From Halalkalibacterium halodurans (GTDB taxonomy: Bacteria > Bacillota > Bacilli > Bacillales > Bacillaceae_D): a stretch of DNA of 24,481 nt. The notes beneath the pieces were generated by a model. It did not search any database and had not been told where the DNA came from. It saw only the letters and a program-made list of their open reading frames with translations. Location: assembly GCF_004376175.1 (NCBI RefSeq), contig NZ_SNUY01000065.1, forward strand, positions 1 to 24,481, in the 5' to 3' direction. Position numbers and translations under genes: made by a program. Shown piece by piece: positions 1-7,804 of this stretch; the first letter of the stretch is position 1, and each line of letters opens with the position of its first letter.

Positions 1-204
1 CTCAATCTCACCAAATAAACTGTCTATTTTTAGAGGCCGTTTATCTTTATAATGGAAGCGTTGCTTATCACGTTGTTGCATAATTTCTTCGTCATATTCC
101 TCTAGTATGCAGGTCATCACACTTGAGAAGGTTTCCTGTAACTTCCTCCAAACTAGCTGTTCAAGTTCTTTTAAAGTTGGGTATTCTGTGTTATTCTTTT
201 GCAT
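1..204 (-). CDS. ISLre2/UPF0236-family transposase, N-terminal 68 codons (runs off the left window edge)
   Basis: Minus-strand ATG at 204-202, preceded by AAGGAGA (rc of 211-217) with a 6-nt spacer. Translation: MQKNNTEYPTLKELEQLVWRKLQETFSSVMTCILEEYDEEIMQQRDKQRFHYKDKRPLKIDSLFGEIE... The LKELE...LQETF...RDKxR(F/Y)xxKDKRxxxxxxxFGE pattern is what I recall for UPF0236/ISLre2 transposase N-termini. It is absent from the ORF track because it is truncated. Confidence 0.55.
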   Translation of the reverse strand, partial: MQKNNTEYPTLKELEQLVWRKLQETFSSVMTCILEEYDEEIMQQRDKQRFHYKDKRPLKIDSLFGEIE

Positions 205-308
205 AGGGTTTCTCCTTTGAATCGGGTTTTTGTCGACTATGATTCTACCAAGGAGAGACCCTTTTTTCATGCATTTTGCTTAAACCCTACCGCGCTTTCG
301 CTTGGTGG

Positions 309-352
309 CCTGCTCAACCAGGTAATGAACTTCCATTACCTGGTTGAGCAGG
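309..352. repeat. Near-perfect inverted repeat (about 20-bp stem, 6-nt loop) between the IS transposase start and the yneB stop
   Basis: CCTGCTCAACCAGGTAATG (309-327), loop AACTTC (328-333), CATTACCTGGTTGAGCAGG (334-352). On the plus strand it is followed by TTGTTTCTTCT. On the minus strand no U-tract follows. Confidence 0.85.
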
Positions 353-402
353 TTGTTTCTTCTCCCACAAACATTTTACTCATACGAACCAAAAGAATGG
401 CC

Positions 403-1062
<660 letters not shown>

Positions 1063-1080
1063 TCATCAACCTATCTACTC

Positions 1081-1284
1081 TTAGTCATTATGCATAATCG
1101 ATTCATAGACGACAGATCCTTGACCGTGAAGGTTCTCGTGTTGCTCCTCTTGTTCGTACGAGAACATAGAGGTAGAAGCAGGATCGCTATCATCAGCAAA
1201 TATAAGCGTTCCGTACATCAATAATAACGTAATAAGTGCAACAACTAACAATGAAATTTCTTGGCCAGATAAACGTCTAAGCAT
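1081..1284 (-). CDS. 67-aa single-pass membrane protein, candidate SOS-induced cell-division inhibitor (YneA/SosA position, no LysM domain visible)
   Basis: ATG at 1284 with GAGGTGA 6 nt upstream. Hydrophobic segment ISLLVVALITLLLMYGTLIF, followed by an acidic tail. Transcribed divergently from lexA from a promoter overlapped by LexA boxes. Confidence 0.55.
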   Translation of the reverse strand: MLRRLSGQEISLLVVALITLLLMYGTLIFADDSDPASTSMFSYEQEEQHENLHGQGSVVYESIMHND

Positions 1285-1300
1285 AGAGAATCACCTCATA

Positions 1301-1387
1301 AGAATGTTTGTTCCCCTTTATCATAAACAAGAACACTTGTTTGTGTCAACAATAAATTAGAACTTATGTTTGCATTACATATGTTCG
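1301..1387. promoter_or_regulatory. Cluster of LexA (Cheo/SOS) boxes in the lexA / small-membrane-gene divergent region
   Basis: Compared with the Bacillus consensus CGAAC-N4-GTTCG: aGAATgtttGTTCc (1301-1314), aGAACactTGTTTg (1330-1343), aGAACttatGTTTg (1359-1372), plus a weaker site aTTACatatGTTCg (1374-1387). Confidence 0.75.
1320..1349 (-). promoter_or_regulatory. SigA-type promoter for the 67-aa membrane protein / yneB operon
   Basis: Minus strand: TTGACA (rc of 1344-1349), 18-nt spacer, TATGAT (rc of 1320-1325). The LexA box at 1330-1343 sits in the spacer and the box at 1301-1314 lies just downstream. Confidence 0.55.
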
Positions 1388-1398
1388 CATGGTATAAT
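1370..1398 (+). promoter_or_regulatory. SigA-type promoter of lexA (autoregulated)
   Basis: TTGCAT (1370-1375), 17-nt spacer, TATAAT (1393-1398). LexA boxes at 1359-1372 and 1374-1387 overlap the -35 and the spacer. Confidence 0.6.
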
Positions 1399-1435
1399 TT
1401 AGTCAGTATAGGAAAGAAAAGAGAGGTGCCCCACC

Positions 1436-2059
1436 TTGTCAAAGCTATCTAGAAGACAGCAAGAAATTTTAGATTATATCAAAGAAGAAGTTCGAGCCAA
1501 AGGATACCCTCCCTCTGTTCGCGAAATTGGCGAAGCCGTTGGACTAGCTTCAAGCTCTACTGTTCATGGCCATTTATCTAGGCTAGAGAAAAAAGGGTAC
1601 ATTCGTCGCGACCCAACGAAGCCTCGCGCGATCGAAGTGCTAGACTTAGAGAATTTGGCATCTGAAACGACTGAAGCGAAAGCTACGTATATCCCTGTCG
1701 TCGGGAAAGTTACTGCCGGATTGCCAATTACAGCTGTTGAGAATGTGGAAGAATATTTCCCACTACCTGAACAATTAACAGCCAACGACAACACATATGC
1801 ACTGCGAATTCAAGGGGACAGCATGATCGAGGCCGGCATCTTTGATGGAGATCTTGTCATTGTGCGACAACAGCAAACGGCCGATAACGGTGATATCATT
1901 GTTGCCATGACAGAAGAAGACGAGGCTACCGTTAAAAGATTCTTCCGCGAAAAAGATTACATCCGTCTTCAACCGGAAAACTCAACAATGGAACCTATTA
2001 TTTTGACATCTTGTACGATCTTAGGAAAAGTTATAGGCGTATTTCGTACCATCCATTAA
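1436..2059 (+). CDS. lexA: LexA repressor (SOS regulator, S24 peptidase)
   Basis: TTG start with [76 protein letters not shown] is near-identical in pattern to Bacillus LexA. Ala-Gly cleavage region (VTAGLPI) and Ser/Lys dyad context (GDSM ... TVKRF) are present. Confidence 0.97.
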   Translation: MSKLSRRQQEILDYIKEEVRAKGYPPSVREIGEAVGLASSSTVHGHLSRLEKKGYIRRDPTKPRAIEVLDLENLASETTEAKATYIPVVGKVTAGLPITAVENVEEYFPLPEQLTANDNTYALRIQGDSMIEAGIFDGDLVIVRQQQTADNGDIIVAMTEEDEATVKRFFREKDYIRLQPENSTMEPIILTSCTILGKVIGVFRTIH

Positions 2060-2117
2060 CTTGTCCTGCCACCAATCTATGCAACGTTCTATTTGTTTAT
2101 AACCCATTACACTAGAA

Positions 2118-2150
2118 AAAGCTCAAGGGCCCTCCTTGAGCTTTACTATT
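2118..2150 (+). terminator. Intrinsic terminator after lexA
   Basis: AAAGCTCAAGG (2118-2128) pairs with CCTTGAGCTTT (2134-2144), 5-nt loop, then ACTATTT. Confidence 0.7.
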
Positions 2151-2259
2151 TAATTTGACTAGTACAATCGTGCTGAAGCTAAAGAAGACACAGCGATTGC
2201 CGAACCTTTAAAGGGCAGCAAATCCGTAGTTGTTCTTATACTTAACAGCTATTGTAAGC

Positions 2260-2292
2260 AAAAAAACACGCCAATGGTTCATGCCATTGACG
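2260..2292 (-). terminator. Probable intrinsic terminator after fer
   Basis: Minus-strand RNA: CGUCAAUGG-CAUGAA-CCAUUGGCG (one mismatch), followed by UGUUUUUUU (rc of the A-run at 2260-2266). It lies about 70 nt downstream of the fer stop. Confidence 0.5.
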
Positions 2293-2361
2293 TTGCTTCT
2301 TACTGTTTTTACACAAAAATTGACTTGGCTTTAATCCGCGTTAGCTTTACATCTTGAATTA

Positions 2362-2643
<282 letters not shown>

Positions 2644-2730
2644 CTATTTATAAAAGGTAGGAACAACCATTCACTTAATATTCCGACTTTTCCGTCGGTA
2701 AGTAAAGGTGTCCCGAAAAACCAATCACTT

Positions 2731-2769
2731 TTTGAAAGACCTCTTGAAGTGACTTCACCTCAAGAGGCC
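2731..2769 (-). terminator. Hairpin plus partial U-tract (minus-strand orientation) inside the fer-glnA AT-rich islet
   Basis: 2738-2751 pairs with 2756-2769: 12 bp with internal mismatches at 2739/2768 and 2748/2759, loop ACTT. On the minus strand it is followed by TTTCAAAAAGTG. No U-tract follows on the plus strand. Confidence 0.45.
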
Positions 2770-2946
2770 TCAGGAATTACATTCATACGTTTGCATGTAC
2801 TGCTCACGTCCCTATAAGTGTATCCTGAGTGCAGGACAAGTTTCCTCATTCATAGAATACTCTTGCACAGTGGCCTTTTCATTTTTTGTACGTGCCTTAG
2901 GTGATAACTACATGTTACACAACATAAATACCCTTATCAATAAATA

Positions 2947-2974
2947 ATTATTCACTAGAGCAATGTGTCGTCAA
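2947..2974 (-). promoter_or_regulatory. SigA-like promoter candidate facing the 2738-2769 terminator and fer
   Basis: Minus strand: TTGACG (rc of 2969-2974), 16-nt spacer, AATAAT (rc of 2947-2952). AT-rich context makes chance matches likely. Confidence 0.3.
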
Positions 2975-3079
2975 CCCTCGTGTTATAAGATCTAACATTA
3001 TAGTTAAGCCTTATCCTGGTATTTTACATACCAATTTATTTATGTTGTACGCTAGTGTTCAATCATCTTTCATACCCAT

Positions 3080-3125
3080 CCTTAAAACCTTACAATCCTA
3101 AAAAACCTTAGCGATAAAGCCCTTA
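3080..3125. repeat. Imperfect tandem array of CCTTA units (TAAGG on the minus strand), 8-15 nt period
   Basis: CCTTA at 3080, 3088, 3106 and 3121, and CCTAA at 3097. Reads CCTTAAAA CCTTACAAT CCTAAAAAA CCTTAGCGATAAAGC CCTTA. Further copies at 2895, 2932, 3009 and 3170. Confidence 0.6.
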
Positions 3126-3190
3126 CAAGAATGTGATAAAATCTATAGTCGATTATTTTAAAATTTTTCCCTTAAAGTCTTAACTTCTCT

Positions 3191-3219
3191 AAAAAATAGG
3201 ACACCTAGTCAGGTATCCT
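3191..3219 (-). terminator. Hairpin with flanking A/T runs (usable in both directions), terminator of the 48-aa ORF
   Basis: AGGACACCT (3198-3206), loop AGTC, AGGTATCCT (3211-3219), one mismatch. The minus strand continues ATTTTTT (rc of 3191-3197). The plus strand continues TGTTTGCTCTTTT. Confidence 0.5.
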
Positions 3220-3355
3220 TGTTTGCTCTTTTACCGCATATAATGCACTTTTCTGTATAGTAGTCATATCTATGTTTACCTTTGACCTTGCAATCGAACC
3301 AATACTTAACCCGTTTCAAGTCTTGCATCAGCTCCTTAAGGTTTATTACTTTCAT
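3209..3355 (-). CDS. Hypothetical 48-aa basic Cys/His-containing protein
   Basis: Hand translation: MKVINLKELMQDLKRVKYWFDCKVKGKHRYDYYTEKCIICGKRANKDT*. It is the first start after an in-frame stop at 3413-3415. The stop codon lies inside the 3198-3219 hairpin. The SD is weak (AGGT only 3 nt from the ATG). It is below the ORF-track length cutoff. Confidence 0.3.
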   Translation of the reverse strand: MKVINLKELMQDLKRVKYWFDCKVKGKHRYDYYTEKCIICGKRANKDT

Positions 3356-3540
3356 TCTACCTATTATTTTACCTAGATGTAGATAATTTATTTCATTTAT
3401 CTGAAAAAATTGTTATTCTTGATCACCATCCGATAAGCTATTTTAACAAAATCACCTATGTTTCTAGACTTCATCAAGCTTCATAATTGAAAGCCATCGT
3501 TTATCTCTTTTCAGGCTCCTATTAAAGGTAAACCATTTTA

Positions 3541-3581
3541 TAAAGTAATAAAACCCCCGAAGCCTATCGCTTCAAGGGTTT
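3541..3581 (-). terminator. Intrinsic terminator after glnA
   Basis: Minus-strand RNA: AAACCC-UU-GAAGC GAUAG GCUUC-GG-GGGUUU, followed by UAUUACUUUAU. It starts 7 nt after the glnA stop. Confidence 0.65.
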
Positions 3582-3587
3582 CATAGA

Positions 3588-4937
3588 TTAATAGGTTTGC
3601 ATGTACTGGTCTCGCTCCCATGGGTGCACTTGGGTGCGGAACATATCCCATTCGATTTCTTTGGCTTCGACAAAGTGCTCCACGGCATGCTCTCCGATCG
3701 CTTCGACTAGCACGTCATTTTTCAGGAAGTTGTCGACTGCTTCTTTTAGTGTTGATGGTAAGTCACGAATTCCCTCTTCATCACGCTCTTCCTTGCTCAT
3801 CACGTAAATGTTACGGTCTGTTGCTGCCGGTGGTGTAAGCTTGCGTTTGATGCCATCAAGACCAGCTGCTAGCATTGCTGCCATTGCAAGGTAAGGATTA
3901 GCGGCTGGATCTGGGCTACGAACTTCGATTCGCGTGCTTAAGCCGCGAGAAGATGGAATCCGAACGAGAGGGCTCCGGTTGCGCATCGACCAAGCAACAT
4001 AAACAGGTGCCTCATAGCCTGGGACAAGGCGCTTATAAGAGTTCACAATTGGATTCGTAATCGCTGTAAAACTGTCGGCATGTTTTAAAATGCCTGCTAA
4101 AAATTGCATCGCGGTTCCGCTCAACTGGCTTTCGGTTGATTCGTCAAAGAACGCATTTTCTTTCCCGCGGAACAAGGACATGTTGCAGTGCATCCCTGAA
4201 CCATTGACGCCGAAAAGTGGTTTTGGCATAAACGTGGCATGCAAGCCGTGTTTGCGAGCAATTGTTTTAACGACAAGCTTGAACGTTTGAATGTTATCAC
4301 ATGTCGTCACAGCGTCTGCATATTTAAAGTCGATCTCATGCTGGCCTGGGGCCACTTCATGGTGGGAAGCTTCAATTTCAAAGCCCATATCCTCCAGCTC
4401 AAGCACAATATCGCGGCGGCAGTTTTCCCCTAAGTCCGTCGGTGCGAGGTCAAAATAGCCTCCCTTATCGTTTAACTCAAGCGTTGGCTCTCCTGATTCA
4501 TCATTTTTAAAAAGGAAAAACTCTGGCTCTGGACCGATGTTAAATGCTGTGAAACCGAGCGCTTCTGCTTCTTTTAGGACCCGCTTCAAAATGCCACGAG
4601 GATCACCTAAGAATGGTTTTGGTTCTTCTCCAGGCTTTCCAGGTTGGTAGACATCACAAATCAGACGCGCAACCTTTCCTTTTTCCGGTGTCCAAGGGAA
4701 GATGACCCACGTATCTAAATCCGGGTACAAATACATGTCTGATTCCTCAATTCGAACAAACCCCTCGATGGATGAGCCATCAAACATCATTTTGTTGTCA
4801 AGGGCTTTTGGCAATTGATCAACCGGGATTTCCACATTTTTAATCGTCCCTAGTAAATCAGTAAATTGAAGTCGGATAAAACGAACGTTATCTTCTTGGG
4901 AAATGCGCAAAATGTCTTCTCTCGTAAACTTTGCCAT
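3588..4937 (-). CDS. glnA: Glutamine synthetase type I
   Basis: [38 protein letters not shown] ... [12 protein letters not shown] is collinear with B. subtilis GlnA. I chose the ATG at 4937 (AAAGGGGA RBS, 9-nt spacer) rather than the track's upstream start at 4961. Confidence 0.97.
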   Translation of the reverse strand: MAKFTREDILRISQEDNVRFIRLQFTDLLGTIKNVEIPVDQLPKALDNKMMFDGSSIEGFVRIEESDMYLYPDLDTWVIFPWTPEKGKVARLICDVYQPGKPGEEPKPFLGDPRGILKRVLKEAEALGFTAFNIGPEPEFFLFKNDESGEPTLELNDKGGYFDLAPTDLGENCRRDIVLELEDMGFEIEASHHEVAPGQHEIDFKYADAVTTCDNIQTFKLVVKTIARKHGLHATFMPKPLFGVNGSGMHCNMSLFRGKENAFFDESTESQLSGTAMQFLAGILKHADSFTAITNPIVNSYKRLVPGYEAPVYVAWSMRNRSPLVRIPSSRGLSTRIEVRSPDPAANPYLAMAAMLAAGLDGIKRKLTPPAATDRNIYVMSKEERDEEGIRDLPSTLKEAVDNFLKNDVLVEAIGEHAVEHFVEAKEIEWDMFRTQVHPWERDQYMQTY

Positions 4938-5044
4938 TCGTAGGTATCCCCTTTCCTGCACTTTTCATAATAAATCGAAATTTCCGAGTATAATCCTAGC
5001 ATCCTTTTGCCATCACTCGTCTTTTTTCGATCAACTTTACTACA

Positions 5045-5073
5045 AGTCTACTTGAAGGGTATCGATCTGTCAA
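5045..5073 (-). promoter_or_regulatory. SigA-type promoter of glnA
   Basis: Minus strand: TTGACA (rc of 5068-5073), 17-nt spacer, TAGACT (rc of 5045-5050). Confidence 0.6.
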
Positions 5074-5078
5074 ATATA

Positions 5079-5095
5079 TGTAAGATAATCTGACA
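5079..5095. promoter_or_regulatory. GlnR/TnrA-type operator (TGTNA-N7-TNACA)
   Basis: TGTAAGATAATCTGACA is an exact match to the published TnrA/GlnR consensus and lies immediately upstream of the -35. A half-matching overlapping site at 5068-5084 (TGTCA-N7-GTAAG) covers the -35. A weaker site lies at 5096-5112. Confidence 0.7.
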
Positions 5096-5143
5096 TAGTA
5101 ATTAATCTAACAAACTTTTTTTACTAGAATCTATCAAAGGATA

Positions 5144-5174
5144 AACGCCTTCTTAATTCAATCAAGAAGGCGTT
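5144..5174 (-). terminator. Intrinsic terminator after ynbB (overlaps its stop codon)
   Basis: AACGCCTTCTT (5144-5154) pairs with AAGAAGGCGTT (5164-5174), 9-nt loop. The minus strand continues TTTATCCTTT. Confidence 0.6.
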
Positions 5175-6439
5175 CCCTTTGTTTCCAGGCTAAGCATTTC
5201 ATCTGCAGCTTGCATGACGGCTAGCTTTACGTGCTCGTATGTGAGCCCACCTTGAACGTACGCAATGTAAGGCGGTCGAACAGGTCCATCCGCCGTTAAC
5301 TCGATGCTCGCCCCTTGAATAAATGTACCTGCTGCCATGATGACAGGATCTTCATAGCCCGGCATCGAACTTGGCTGTGGGGTGACGTGGGCATCGATCG
5401 GTGATGCCGCCTGAATCGCTTGGCAGAAAGCGATCATCTTCTCACGATCAGGAAACTGAACGGACTGAATTAAATCTGTCCGCTGTTCGTCGTAACGAGG
5501 GCTCGTCCTCATCCCTAGTTCGTCTAAAAATGCTGCAGTGAAATGAGCGCCTTTCACGGCTTGACTCACAACATGAGGAGCAAGAAACAGACCTTGAAAC
5601 ATTTCAAGAAGACTGTATAAGGTTGCTCCTCCCTCGGTACCAATTCCCGGTGCAGCTAAACGGTAGGATGCTTGCTTCACATAGGGTGCTTTACCAGCGA
5701 CATAGCCACCAGTTTTAACGATCCCACCGCCCGGATTTTTAATAAGCGAACCAGCGATAACATCCACCCCAACGTGGCAAGGCTCTTTCGCCTCAACAAA
5801 CTCACCGTAACAATTGTCCACAAACACAATGACATTCGGGTTGATTCCTTTGACAAACTGAGCCATTTGTTCGATTTCATTAATAGAAAACGAAGGACGG
5901 TCGGCGTATCCTTTCGATCGTTGAATCCCAATGACTTTCGTCCGCTCATTCATCGCTGCCTTAACCGCAGCTTTGTCCACCTTTTGTTCGGCAGTAAGGG
6001 GAACGGCATGATACGTGATGCCAAAATCTTTTAACGAGCCCCCTCCCTCTTCGCCGCGAATGCCGATCACTTCCTCAAGGGTATCGTATGGCTTTCCTGT
6101 TATGTACAGAAGTTCGTCACCTGGACGCAACAAGCCGAATAGAACGGTAGCAATTGCATGGGTGCCTGAGATGATTTGTGGACGGACGAGGGCTGTTTCG
6201 GCCCCGAAAACATCCGCGTACACCGCTTCAAGGGTTTCCCGGCCAAGATCATCGTAACCATAGCCGGTAGATGGGGTGAAATGGTGTTCTGAAACTTGCT
6301 TTCGCTTGAATGCATCAAGTACTCTTTTTTGATTCACTAGCGCTATATGTTCCACATGCTCTACATTTGATACTATTTTTTGTTCTGCGTTTCTTTTTGC
6401 TTTTTCGATGGTTTCGTGGTGTTTCCAAGTTGTGATCAT
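5162..6439 (-). CDS. ynbB: PLP-dependent YnbB / aluminium-resistance family protein (Cys/Met-metabolism lyase-like)
   Basis: 425 aa, AGGAG RBS. The position between hflX and glnA is the same as B. subtilis ynbB. Family assignment is from memory of the conserved N-terminal TGYGYDD(L/I)GR motif and overall length. Confidence 0.8.
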   Translation of the reverse strand: MITTWKHHETIEKAKRNAEQKIVSNVEHVEHIALVNQKRVLDAFKRKQVSEHHFTPSTGYGYDDLGRETLEAVYADVFGAETALVRPQIISGTHAIATVLFGLLRPGDELLYITGKPYDTLEEVIGIRGEEGGGSLKDFGITYHAVPLTAEQKVDKAAVKAAMNERTKVIGIQRSKGYADRPSFSINEIEQMAQFVKGINPNVIVFVDNCYGEFVEAKEPCHVGVDVIAGSLIKNPGGGIVKTGGYVAGKAPYVKQASYRLAAPGIGTEGGATLYSLLEMFQGLFLAPHVVSQAVKGAHFTAAFLDELGMRTSPRYDEQRTDLIQSVQFPDREKMIAFCQAIQAASPIDAHVTPQPSSMPGYEDPVIMAAGTFIQGASIELTADGPVRPPYIAYVQGGLTYEHVKLAVMQAADEMLSLETKGTPS

Positions 6440-6457
6440 ACTCGCACTCCTATCCTT

Positions 6458-7714
6458 CTAATCCAACAGTTGCTCGGCCCACGCATGATTAGGGTGGACA
6501 TATCCTTTTACTTGATAGCATTCCCGATCTTCGTCCCACTTCATTTCCGTCATGATCGTTTCTCGCCGTAGCTTGGCCAGCTTATTCCCTTCATCACTAG
6601 CCAATTCGGTTACGTATGGGGTAAACAAATCCACTAACGTCCGTTCGATCATCTGCCGTAACCGTTGAATGTCTTCTCGTTTATGAGCTGACATTTCGAT
6701 GCCGTTTTGCTGATGAACGGGAATGATTGGGAGGTTCGGTTTGTCTACCTTATTATAGACAACTAGCATCCGGGACTGGTCGACCTCCAATTGGTGTAAT
6801 AATTCTGAGACGGTTTCCATATGTGCTTGCAGTTGTTCGCTGGAGCGGTCGACCACATGAAGCAACAAGTCAGCATGCTTCACTTCTTCAAGCGTGGAAC
6901 GAAACGCCGCCACTAATGTTGTCGGTAATTGGTTAATGAATCCGACGGTATCGGAGAGAATGACTTCCATCCCGCTTGGCAGACGCATTTTTCTTGTCAT
7001 TGGGTCAAGTGTCGCAAACAGCAAATCTTCCTCGTAAGAGTCGGATGCGGTTAAACGGTTTAATAAGGTTGACTTTCCGGCATTCGTATAACCAACAAGG
7101 GCGATCCGAAACGTTTGATTCCGCTCTCGCCGCGCTCGGTACCGATCACGGTGCTTCACGGTATGCTTTAACTGTTTATCAATGTCAGCCATTCGTTTTC
7201 GAATGTGACGCCGATCCGTTTCAAGCTTCGTTTCCCCAGGGCCCCTCGTCCCAATACCCCCGCCGAGCCGTGACAATCCTTGCCCTTGACCGACAATACG
7301 TGGAAGCAAGTAATTTAATTGGGCTAGCTCCACTTGTAGCTTTCCTTCGCGCGATTTCGCTCGGCCAGCAAAAATATCTAAAATAAGCTGTGTCCGATCA
7401 ATGACACGAACCCCTAAGCGATTGGTCAAATTGCGTACCTGGCTTCCCGACAGTTCTCCATTTACAATCACAAGATCGGCTTCCTGTTCTTCCATTTTTA
7501 TCGCTAGTTCATCAAGCTTCCCCCGACCAATGTACGTTGCCGGTTCAATAGCTTCTCGCTTTTGCGTCAGCCGATCAATGACTGTTCCTTGAGCTGTAAG
7601 CGTCAATGCTTCAAGTTCTTCTAGGGATACCTCAAATTGCTCATCGGTCATGTTAGGAAGCTGACATGCCACTAAGAAAACCCGTTCCGCATTTGTTTCC
7701 TTTAAATGTTCCAA
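6458..7714 (-). CDS. hflX: GTPase HflX
   Basis: TTG start with GAGGA RBS. G1 GYTNAGKST, G3 DTVGF and the HflX N-terminal domain motif (IGxGKxxEL). Synteny matches ynbA. Confidence 0.93.
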   Translation of the reverse strand: MEHLKETNAERVFLVACQLPNMTDEQFEVSLEELEALTLTAQGTVIDRLTQKREAIEPATYIGRGKLDELAIKMEEQEADLVIVNGELSGSQVRNLTNRLGVRVIDRTQLILDIFAGRAKSREGKLQVELAQLNYLLPRIVGQGQGLSRLGGGIGTRGPGETKLETDRRHIRKRMADIDKQLKHTVKHRDRYRARRERNQTFRIALVGYTNAGKSTLLNRLTASDSYEEDLLFATLDPMTRKMRLPSGMEVILSDTVGFINQLPTTLVAAFRSTLEEVKHADLLLHVVDRSSEQLQAHMETVSELLHQLEVDQSRMLVVYNKVDKPNLPIIPVHQQNGIEMSAHKREDIQRLRQMIERTLVDLFTPYVTELASDEGNKLAKLRRETIMTEMKWDEDRECYQVKGYVHPNHAWAEQLLD

Positions 7715-7754
7715 CCGTTTTCCTCAATCCTTTCCAATAGTCACTGAAGTGATC

Positions 7755-7790
7755 ATACAAAATCATAAGGCTAAGCGCAACCGCTCAGCC
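7755..7790 (-). terminator. Intrinsic terminator after spoVK
   Basis: Minus-strand RNA: GGCUGAGCG-GUUG-CGCUUAGCC (one G-U pair), followed by UUAUGAUUUUGU. Confidence 0.55.
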
Positions 7791-7804
7791 CCAATCTTTT
7801 TTGG

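Noticed and set aside
2919-3048. 12-bp inverted repeat ACAACATAAATA (2919-2930) / TATTTATGTTGT (3037-3048), considered as MITE ends or a long-range RNA stem
   Set aside because: It is AT-rich and only 12 bp long, with no extension and no flanking target duplication. That is borderline chance expectation in a 1-kb AT-rich stretch. It is worth rechecking only if the region proves to be transcribed.
4938-4961. Upstream start giving 8 extra residues (MQERGYLR) on GlnA
   Set aside because: Bacillus GlnA begins MAK(Y/F)TREDI. The ATG at 4937 has a proper RBS, which the extension would have to read through.
5068-5095. Possible dif-like Xer site near the glnA promoter (AATATATGTAAGAT), considered because of the nearby Xer-like gene
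   Set aside because: It matches the GlnR/TnrA operator consensus exactly and resembles my recollection of the Bacillus dif core only superficially. It is also 4 kb from the recombinase-like gene.
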